Assembly: GCA_035552215.1 (NCBI GenBank)
Contig: DASZLV010000166.1
Span: forward strand, 11,306-75,305
Length of the DNA stretch: 64,000 nucleotides
Direction: 5' to 3'
Source: Solirubrobacteraceae bacterium
GTDB lineage: Bacteria; Actinomycetota; Thermoleophilia; Solirubrobacterales; Solirubrobacteraceae
This document shows, one piece after another, positions 57,114-64,000 of this stretch (the first letter of the stretch is position 1; each line of letters begins with the position of its first letter). Under the pieces are notes generated by a model. That model was given only the letters and a program-made list of their open reading frames with translations, did not search any database and was not told the DNA's origin. Both the position numbers and the translations under genes were made by a program.

Positions 57114-57866
57114 ATGCGCTTGGAAGGCAAGACGGCGATCATCACCGGAGGCGCGAGCGGCATCGGCGCCGCTACCGTGCGGCGGTTCGTCAAGGAAGGC
57201 GCGCGTGTCCTCATCGCAGACCGCAACGAGGAGTCGGCGAATGCGGTGGCCGCGGAGGTGGGCGACGCTGCTCTGGCCGTCGCGTGCGACGTTCGCGTCG
57301 AGGAGGACATCCAGCGCGTGGCGACGACCGCCCTCGACCGGTGGGGCCGCATCGACGTGCTCGTCAACAATGCCGGCTCCGAGCTCAACAAGACCTACGA
57401 CGACACGACGATCGATGACTGGAATCGGGTCATGGAGACCGATCTCCGCGCGCCGTGGTTGTTCTGCAAGTACGTCGTCCCGAGCATGATCGAGCACGGC
57501 GGGGGCAGCGTTGTCAACGTCGCGTCGCTCAACAGCCTCGTGGGCTTCCAGAACAGCACGGCCTACGGGGCCGCGAAGGGCGGCCTGGCGGTGTTCACCC
57601 TGGACATCGCCGTCGAGCTCGCGAGCTCAGGCGTCCGCTTCAACGCCGTCTGCCCTGGGGTCATCGATACGCCGATGACCGGGCGCTGGTGGCAGAACGT
57701 CGAGGATCAGGAGGCCGCGAAGGCGGAGCTCGCCGCGATGATGCCGATCGGTCGCCTCGGCCGCCCGGATGAGATCGCCTCGGCGATCCTCTTCTTTGCC
57801 TCCGACGACTCGACGTTGTGCCAGGGGGCCATCCTCCCCGTCGACGGCGCCTACGTCGCGCGGTAG
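57114..57866 (+). CDS. SDR family oxidoreductase
   Basis: TGGASGIG, NNAG and YGAAK motifs; GGAGG RBS. Confidence 0.93.
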   Translation: MRLEGKTAIITGGASGIGAATVRRFVKEGARVLIADRNEESANAVAAEVGDAALAVACDVRVEEDIQRVATTALDRWGRIDVLVNNAGSELNKTYDDTTIDDWNRVMETDLRAPWLFCKYVVPSMIEHGGGSVVNVASLNSLVGFQNSTAYGAAKGGLAVFTLDIAVELASSGVRFNAVCPGVIDTPMTGRWWQNVEDQEAAKAELAAMMPIGRLGRPDEIASAILFFASDDSTLCQGAILPVDGAYVAR

Positions 57867-57875
57867 CGGCGCGGT

Positions 57876-58364
57876 TTACAGCTCTGGCCCACCGGCCGGC
57901 GCCGGCGGCTGGAAGAGCTCGAACTGGATGTTGTCGGGGTCCCGGAAGTACGCGAACCAGTGGCCCTCGAGCTCGCCCTCGCCGATGTAAACCGGTTCGT
58001 TGCTGAAGACGACGCCGTTAGCGGTCAAGAATCGGTAGGCCTCGTGGATGTCGGGCACGTCCAGCGCGATGTGCACCGCGCCCACGTCGCAGTTCCGCAG
58101 GGCGAAGTCGGCACCCTTCGGCTGTTGAAACTCGAGCATCTCGAGATACACGTCGCCGATCTGAAGGAACGCGGCGTCGATGAGCACTCCCTCGAGCTGT
58201 ACCGCGCGGTCCACATCGGGCCCTGCGCCTCCGGCGCTAAACAGCGGCTCGAGCCCGAACATCTTCTTGTACCAGGCGAGCGAGGCCGCCAGGTTCCGCA
58301 CCGGTACGCCAAGGTGGTGGAGCTTGCGTACCGGCACCGTCTGTGCGCCGAGGTTCATCGCCAT
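57876..58364 (-). CDS. VOC family protein
   Basis: LHHLGVPV, LEMLEF, HIALDV and RDPDNIQFELF motifs. Confidence 0.9.
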   Translation of the reverse strand: MAMNLGAQTVPVRKLHHLGVPVRNLAASLAWYKKMFGLEPLFSAGGAGPDVDRAVQLEGVLIDAAFLQIGDVYLEMLEFQQPKGADFALRNCDVGAVHIALDVPDIHEAYRFLTANGVVFSNEPVYIGEGELEGHWFAYFRDPDNIQFELFQPPAPAGGPEL

Positions 58365-58379
58365 CGGATGCCTCCCTCC

Positions 58380-58802
58380 TCAGAACGGCCTGTCGAGGAC
58401 CAAGACGAAGCGCTGGAAGCACAGCTCGCCGCCCTGGCGAACCACGTCGAGCTCGTAGACGCCCGTCCCCAGAGCGGTGAAGGGCTCGTCGAGCGAGGCC
58501 CCGTTGGAGACGAGCAGCAGGTAGGCCCGCACCGTCACCATCTCGTCCGTCCGCGCGAGCGTGAACAGGTTGGTCATCACGTGCCGGCGCTGGTCGGGCT
58601 GGCTGTCGCGTGTCCCGGCGACGAACTCGAGAATGGCCTCGCGGCCACTCAGCGTGGCGTACAAGGTGCCATCGGAAAGGCTTACGGCGTACTCGGCATC
58701 GACCGCGAAGACGGCGGCCAGTTCGGCCTTGTCGTTGACGTCGTATGCCCAGGCGTAGCGGGAAATCAGCTCTTGTACCTCGTCGCGCTGGATCTCGGTC
58801 AT
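58380..58802 (-). CDS. NTF2/SnoaL-like protein
   Basis: ELISRYAWAYD, GREAI, RRHVMTN and GVY motifs. Confidence 0.85.
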   Translation of the reverse strand: MTEIQRDEVQELISRYAWAYDVNDKAELAAVFAVDAEYAVSLSDGTLYATLSGREAILEFVAGTRDSQPDQRRHVMTNLFTLARTDEMVTVRAYLLLVSNGASLDEPFTALGTGVYELDVVRQGGELCFQRFVLVLDRPF

Positions 58803-58846
58803 CGGTCTCCTCGGTATGTCACAGCTCGTCGCGGGGGACGGAGCTT

Positions 58847-58864
58847 AGCAAGCAATCGTTTGGT
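58847..58864. promoter_or_regulatory. double TetR operator AGCAAGCAATCGTTTGGT in the divergent SnoaL/P450 promoter
   Basis: Motif match. Confidence 0.8.
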
Positions 58865-58905
58865 TGCTTTTGCATAATCACTCGTGTAAGCTCGGGCCGC
58901 GCACG

Positions 58906-60177
58906 ATGGAGAAAGCAACGTCCACAGCCAGGACCACGGTCAACTCGCCCAACGACGTCGACCTCCTCGAGTCCTCACAGCTGAAGTGCCCGTGGCCTTC
59001 TTACGAGGTGCTGCGCGAGCAGGCGCCGGTGTGGGAGGACCCACGCACCGGTCACTTCATCGTCTCGCGCTTCGAGGACATTCGCACGGTGCTCCTCAAC
59101 CCCGACATCTTCGTCGCGAACCTCTCCGAGGGGGACGACTCGGAGCGACCCGAGGTCCGCGCGCTTTACGAGGAGAAGGGGATGCTGCCGGCGACCTCGA
59201 TGCTCGGGCTCAACGATCCGCACCACAAGCAGGTGCGTAGCCTCATGGACACGGCCTTCCGCCCCAAGCGGGTGACCGAGTTCGAGCCCTACATCGAGGA
59301 GTTGTGCCAACGCCTGCTCGACCGCTTCATCGACCGGGGCGAGGTTGACCTCTCCAAGGAATACGCGCAGGAGATGCCGCTACTCGTCATGACCAGGCTG
59401 ATGGGAGTGCCCGAGGAAGACGGCCACATGATCCGCCGGTGGACCGAATCGTGGCTCGAGCGCATCTCGATGAAGATGACGCCGGAAGAGGAGATCTTGT
59501 CGTGCGAGGAGGAGATCGCGGCTCAGCGCTACTTCCAGCCGATCATCGAGCGCGTCCGGGCCAACCCCGAGGAGAACCTGATCAGCGACATCGTGAACGG
59601 GGTCGTCCCGGAGTGGGGACACGGCCTGTCGGACAACCAGATCCAGATCGAGATCCTCGTCGACATGTTCACTGGCGGGACGGCGACCTCCGGGCACGGA
59701 ATCACCAGCGCGGTGAAGATCTGGATCGACCAGCCTGACGTGTGGGAGGAAGTCCGATCTGATCCCGATAAGCACCTGGCCAATTTCATCGAGGAGGTTG
59801 TCCGGATCGATGGGCCACAGCAGGGCGACCCACGCTTCGCAGCGGTTGACACGGAGCTGTCGGGCGTGAAGATCCCGAAGGGGACCATCGTCCATCCCCG
59901 CTGGGGCGCCGGCAACCGTGACCCGCGGAAATTCGGCGCGAGCGCCGCCAAGATCGATCTTCGGCGACCCCAGCCCCGCACCCACCTCGGTTTCGGGCTC
60001 GGCACCCACCATTGCATCGGTGCCCGTCTCGCGCGCCGACAAATGTGGTACGGCCTGAAGACGATCATCGACAATATTGACCGTATGTGGCTTCTCGACG
60101 ACGATTTCGAATACGTGGAGAACTACATCGTGCGTGGTCTGAAGTCGCTTCGGATCGGCTTCGAGAAGAAGCAGTAA
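58906..60177 (+). CDS. cytochrome P450
   Basis: NDPHHKQVR, EEVVR, GNRDPRKF and FGLGTHHCIGA motifs. Confidence 0.95.
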   Translation: MEKATSTARTTVNSPNDVDLLESSQLKCPWPSYEVLREQAPVWEDPRTGHFIVSRFEDIRTVLLNPDIFVANLSEGDDSERPEVRALYEEKGMLPATSMLGLNDPHHKQVRSLMDTAFRPKRVTEFEPYIEELCQRLLDRFIDRGEVDLSKEYAQEMPLLVMTRLMGVPEEDGHMIRRWTESWLERISMKMTPEEEILSCEEEIAAQRYFQPIIERVRANPEENLISDIVNGVVPEWGHGLSDNQIQIEILVDMFTGGTATSGHGITSAVKIWIDQPDVWEEVRSDPDKHLANFIEEVVRIDGPQQGDPRFAAVDTELSGVKIPKGTIVHPRWGAGNRDPRKFGASAAKIDLRRPQPRTHLGFGLGTHHCIGARLARRQMWYGLKTIIDNIDRMWLLDDDFEYVENYIVRGLKSLRIGFEKKQ

Positions 60178-60184
60178 TCCGCCC

Positions 60185-61075
60185 GTGAGCGGTGGGTCCG
60201 AGCCGCTCGCCGGACTTGAGCTCATCGGCGAGGCATCAGTCCTCGCGACGCTGTCGACGGTGAAGCAGGGACGCGTGTACGCCCTCGACAGCGGGTGGTG
60301 GCGCGGGATGCCGGGTCATCCCATTCACCCCAACTTCGACATCATCACTTACCGGACGCCGCGCGGCGAGCAGGTTCAGCAGGACGCGGAGTTCCTCGCC
60401 CGCGAGAACAACGCCGTCGGCTACGGCTTCATCACCGAGCTTGTCATGGGAACGACCCACACGGGCACGCACATCGACGCTCTGTGCCACGTTACCTGCG
60501 GCCCGAGGAGCGAGTGGCACGGAGGTCACGCCGCCGACGACTACCTCGGCGATGCCGGCGCCCTCAACAGCGATGCGGCGGCGCTCAAGCCCATCATCGC
60601 GCGCGGTGTCCTCCTCGACATTCCGCGCCTGTATGGACTCGACCATCTCCCCAGGCGCCATGCGATCGACGCTGGGGATCTCTCGGCAGCGGCCGAGGGG
60701 CAGGGCGTCGAGGTGCGCCGTGGCGACGTTGTGCTCGTGCGCACCGGTCAGATGTCCTTCTGGCCCGAGCTCGATGCCATGGAGGTATCCGCCGGCTCAG
60801 GCGTTTCGCTCGACGGCTCCACCTGGCTCGTGGAACGACGGCCCGCGGCCGTAGGCGCCGACAACGCCGGATTCGAGCTCGCGCCGTCGAACGTCCCCGG
60901 GCACCCGTCCCCGGTCCATGCGCACCTCGTCAAGGACAACGGCATCCCGATCCTCGAGTGGGTCAACTGCGAGGAGCTCGCGGCCGACGAGGTCTACGAG
61001 TTCGCATTCATCTGCCTCCCCTTGACGATTCGGGGCGCGAGCGGTTCGATGGTTCGGCCCATCGCCGTGATCTGA
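60185..61075 (+). CDS. cyclase family (kynurenine formamidase-like) metal-dependent hydrolase
   Basis: HTGTHIDALCH, RGVLLDI, GDVVLVRTG, PVHAHL and GASGS.VRPIA motifs. Confidence 0.92.
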   Translation: MSGGSEPLAGLELIGEASVLATLSTVKQGRVYALDSGWWRGMPGHPIHPNFDIITYRTPRGEQVQQDAEFLARENNAVGYGFITELVMGTTHTGTHIDALCHVTCGPRSEWHGGHAADDYLGDAGALNSDAAALKPIIARGVLLDIPRLYGLDHLPRRHAIDAGDLSAAAEGQGVEVRRGDVVLVRTGQMSFWPELDAMEVSAGSGVSLDGSTWLVERRPAAVGADNAGFELAPSNVPGHPSPVHAHLVKDNGIPILEWVNCEELAADEVYEFAFICLPLTIRGASGSMVRPIAVI

Positions 61076-61130
61076 GCCGCTCAGGGGTCGCGGCGCAGAG
61101 GGTGAGTGGATGCACCGGCAGAGGAGCGTA

Positions 61131-61934
61131 ATGGGCAAGCTCGACGGACGGTCGGCACTGGTGTTCGGTGCCAGCCGGGGTGGCGGCAAGGCGGCTGCGA
61201 TACGCCTCGCGGCAGCCGGTGCCGACGTGGCGATCGCGGCTCGTACGATGCGCCCGGGCACGGCGGCCTTGCCCGGCTCACTCGAGGAGAGCGCCGCGGC
61301 GATCAGCGCGACGGGCCGCAGAGCGGTGGCGCTGGCGCTCGACGCGACGGTCGGCTCGCAGGTAGACGCGGTCTGCGAGGAGGCGGCAGAGCGCCTCGGC
61401 GGGGTGGACGTCTTCGTCCACAGCCTCCAGTACATGGGCCCGGGCTACGCCGATCCCCTCGTCGACACCCCGGTCGCTGAGATCGAGCGCCACATCGCCG
61501 TCGGGCTCACATCGGCCGTGCGCGCGTGTCGCAATTTGCTCCCGGCGATGATCGCTCGCGGCGAGGGCCGCATCGTGCTCGTGACCTCAATGGCGGCGCA
61601 GCTCGATCTTGAGATCCCACCGCCGCTCGGCGCCATGTACCCGGTCGTCAAGGCGGGCCTCGTGCGCCTCGTGACGTCCCTGGCCGAGGAAGTCCGGCCC
61701 TACGGCGTGGCGATCGTCGGCCTCGACCCGGGGTTCGTTCGCGCCGAGCACGTCGACCTCGGCCAGGTCGACGGGATGTACTTCGGCTGGAGCATTGACG
61801 AGGCCCACCCGGTCGGGGTCCCCGCCGCGGCCGTGGAGTACATCGCCACGTGCGAGGAGGTGATGGCCCTTTCCGGGCGCAACCTCCGTGCTGCTGACCT
61901 AGTGGCCGAAAAGCATCTGCTGCCACGGCGCTGA
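61131..61934 (+). CDS. SDR family oxidoreductase (atypical)
   Basis: GASRGGG, LPGSLEE and YPVVK motifs; HSLQ replaces NNAG. Confidence 0.85.
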   Translation: MGKLDGRSALVFGASRGGGKAAAIRLAAAGADVAIAARTMRPGTAALPGSLEESAAAISATGRRAVALALDATVGSQVDAVCEEAAERLGGVDVFVHSLQYMGPGYADPLVDTPVAEIERHIAVGLTSAVRACRNLLPAMIARGEGRIVLVTSMAAQLDLEIPPPLGAMYPVVKAGLVRLVTSLAEEVRPYGVAIVGLDPGFVRAEHVDLGQVDGMYFGWSIDEAHPVGVPAAAVEYIATCEEVMALSGRNLRAADLVAEKHLLPRR

Positions 61935-61968
61935 GGCATGGCGCCGCGCCGGGCGGGTCCCTCCTGCC

Positions 61969-62652
61969 CTACTCAAGCTCCTCGGACCGCACCGCCCCCC
62001 CGCTCAGCGCCCGCTCCACCAGCCGCGTGCGCTTCTCGTTCGGTGGCAGCTCCTCGACCCCGAAGCGGGCGAAGAGCGCTCGCATGTGACTCTTGACCGC
62101 GTCGAGGCTGAGGACGAGCTCGTCGGCGATCTCCTGGTTGGTGGCCGGGATCGCGAAGCGCTCGGCGTCGCGGAAGGGGCGGCACAGGGCGACGAGCACG
62201 CGGCGCTGGGCGTCGGAGACGTGGGGAGCGGGCACCGTGGGCACCGCGATGGTGGCCACCACCTCGCCGGGCAGGGGATCGCGAAAGGCCATCACCGTGT
62301 CTCCCACCTGCACCAGGTCGCCGTCGCGGAGCGTCCGCTGACCCCGGAGCCGCTCGCCGTTGACGAAGGTGCCGTTGCGCGAGAGCCCGTCGTCCTCGAT
62401 CACCCATTGGCGTCCGTGCTGCTCGAGGTGGGCGTGCACCCCGGAGACCCGCAGATCCCAGGCGATCTCGAGCTTCGACCCGGGAGCTCGCCCGATCGCC
62501 ATCCGCTCGTCGTCGAGCGTGACGAGCCGGAGGACGTGCTCGCCGTCGCGGAAGAAGAGGAAGGGAGCGCCGTTTCGCGTTGCCCGGAGTAGAGCCTGAA
62601 AGTCGCTCGGGCTGGCCGCCGCACCCAGCACCGCACGTTCCTCGGCACGCAC
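61969..62652 (-). CDS. FHA-domain protein with a C-terminal helix-turn-helix
   Basis: IGR, VSGVHA and SRNGTFVNG (FHA); TNQEIADELVLSLDAVKSHMRALF (HTH). Confidence 0.88.
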   Translation of the reverse strand: MRAEERAVLGAAASPSDFQALLRATRNGAPFLFFRDGEHVLRLVTLDDERMAIGRAPGSKLEIAWDLRVSGVHAHLEQHGRQWVIEDDGLSRNGTFVNGERLRGQRTLRDGDLVQVGDTVMAFRDPLPGEVVATIAVPTVPAPHVSDAQRRVLVALCRPFRDAERFAIPATNQEIADELVLSLDAVKSHMRALFARFGVEELPPNEKRTRLVERALSGGAVRSEELE

Positions 62653-62680
62653 GCGGCGAGGGTACTAGCTTCCAGTCGCC

Positions 62681-64000
62681 ATGCATGTGGTCTTGGACGG
62701 TCACGACGGTTATTGCGCCGACCTCGAGCTGATGATCGGGCGCAGCGACGCCACCGTCGGTGACCTGGTCGATGCCCTGCGCGCCGCCGACGGCTCGTCG
62801 GACCGTGGCCGCGGCACGAGCGCGGGCATCGTCCTCGATGGGCGCTTCTGCCATCCCGACCTCGCCCTCGACGAGATCGGGCTGCACGAGGGCGCCCGGA
62901 TGAGCCTGGCCGCGTCGCCGACCGCGATGACGCCGGCGAGCGCCGCCGCGCTCGAGCTCCGCGTCGTCGCCGGCCTCGACTCCGGCCGGCGCATCCCGCT
63001 CTCCCCCCACGGCACGATCGTCGGGCGCGACGACGAGGACGCGCTCGCGATGTCCGACGTCGCCGTCTCGCGCCGGCACCTGCGCGTCGAGCCGAGCCCC
63101 GGCGGCCTGCGTGCCACCGTCACCGACCTCGGGTCGGTGAACGGCACCTGGGTCGAGGGCAGGCGGATCAAGGAGTCCATCGAGCTCACGCCGGGGACGG
63201 TGTTCGAGGCCGGCGACGTCGCCTTCATGCTCGCCGAGGTGAGCGAGGACCGGATCGACGTCAATCCCCAGCGCCAGGCCGGCGCCGCTGGCCTCGTCGC
63301 CTTCAATCGCCCTCCGCGCTCGCGCCGGCGCGGACCGGCGGAGCCGCTCGCGCCGCCCGAGGAGGTCCGCGAGCAGACCGCCCAGCGCTTCAGCATGGTC
63401 TCCGCCTTCGCCCCCCTCCTCCTCGGCGGGGTGATGGTCGTCGTCCTCCACAACATCCTCTTCGCCCTCTTCATGCTCCTCAGCCCGGTGATGGTGATCG
63501 GGAGCTGGCTCGAGAGCCGCCGCCAGACGGGCACCGCCACCCGCGGCGCCAGGCGCACCCACGCCGAGCAGCTCGGGCGCTTCACCTCCGAGGTCAGCGA
63601 GCGCTCGGCCGCCGTCATCGCCCATCTGCGCGAGTCCCTCGCCGATCCCGCCGAGACCGTCCGCCGGGCCACCGACCCGAGCCCCCGCCTGTGGGAGCGC
63701 CGGCCTGACCACGACGACTTCCTCCACCTCTGCGCCGGCCTCGGAGACCGCCGCATCCGCCCGCCCATCGACCAGCGCCGCACTCCCTCCTCGGCCGCCG
63801 AGGACGTGCTCGCCACCCACGAGCGCCTGCGCATGGCCCCGATCCTCGTCGACCTCCAGAAGGGCGGGGTGGTGGGGATCGTCGGTCCCCGCGCGGCCAC
63901 GCTGGCGACGGCCCGCAGCCTGGTGTGCCAGGCGGCCGTCCTCCACGGACCGGCCGACCTCCAGATCGCCGTCCTCACCGAGTCCGAGCGCAGCGGCGAG
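62681..64000 (+). CDS. FHA-containing FtsK/SpoIIIE (EccC/EssC-like) protein, N-terminal part (runs off window)
   Basis: Manual translation: MHVVLDGHDG..., FHA (VGRD, VSRRH, DLGSVNGTWV), FNRPPR, two TM helices, LWERRPDHDDFL, ARSLVCQAAVLHGPADLQI. Not in the ORF track; the ATPase domains are not visible. Confidence 0.85.
   Translation, partial: MHVVLDGHDGYCADLELMIGRSDATVGDLVDALRAADGSSDRGRGTSAGIVLDGRFCHPDLALDEIGLHEGARMSLAASPTAMTPASAAALELRVVAGLDSGRRIPLSPHGTIVGRDDEDALAMSDVAVSRRHLRVEPSPGGLRATVTDLGSVNGTWVEGRRIKESIELTPGTVFEAGDVAFMLAEVSEDRIDVNPQRQAGAAGLVAFNRPPRSRRRGPAEPLAPPEEVREQTAQRFSMVSAFAPLLLGGVMVVVLHNILFALFMLLSPVMVIGSWLESRRQTGTATRGARRTHAEQLGRFTSEVSERSAAVIAHLRESLADPAETVRRATDPSPRLWERRPDHDDFLHLCAGLGDRRIRPPIDQRRTPSSAAEDVLATHERLRMAPILVDLQKGGVVGIVGPRAATLATARSLVCQAAVLHGPADLQIAVLTESERSGE

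Noticed and set aside
140-58864. Reading the recurring palindrome as a CRISPR array, REP or IS ends
   Set aside because: Copies are short, degenerate, irregularly spaced and promoter-located; no cas or transposase genes are present.

Overview
High-GC, probably actinobacterial DNA. The Ser-rich lipoprotein leaders and the FHA-HTH gene look Thermoleophilia/Solirubrobacterales-like, but that is inference. Positions 1 to ~61.9 kb form one dense catabolic supercluster of about 60 genes: thiolase, PHA synthase and depolymerase, carboxyltransferase, 3 acyl-CoA ligases, acyl-CoA dehydrogenase, 2 crotonases, 10 SDRs, 5 luciferase-like (LLM) oxidoreductases, 5 VOC proteins, 4 SnoaL/NTF2 proteins, 2 P450s, an OYE-type reductase, an ATP-dependent hydantoinase/oxoprolinase-type pair, a CocE esterase, 2 MBL hydrolases, 2 APH-type kinases, a cyclase, dodecin, a UGSC-family pair and a sugar-type ABC importer with two binding proteins. 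The main hidden structure is a 14-bp palindrome, consensus ACCAAnCGnTTGGT. I found it by eye 22 times, essentially always in promoter-side intergenic gaps, often as two copies offset by 4 bp. Two KstR2/PaaR-like TetR paralogues lie in the cluster, one truncated by the window start and absent from the ORF track. The cluster therefore looks like a single, uncharacterised TetR regulon for an unknown substrate. After ~61.95 kb the motif disappears, and an FHA-HTH gene sits divergent from a partial FHA/FtsK (EccC/EssC-like) gene. I saw no rRNA, tRNA, CRISPR array, transposase or integrase. All product calls come from motif recognition, not database searches.
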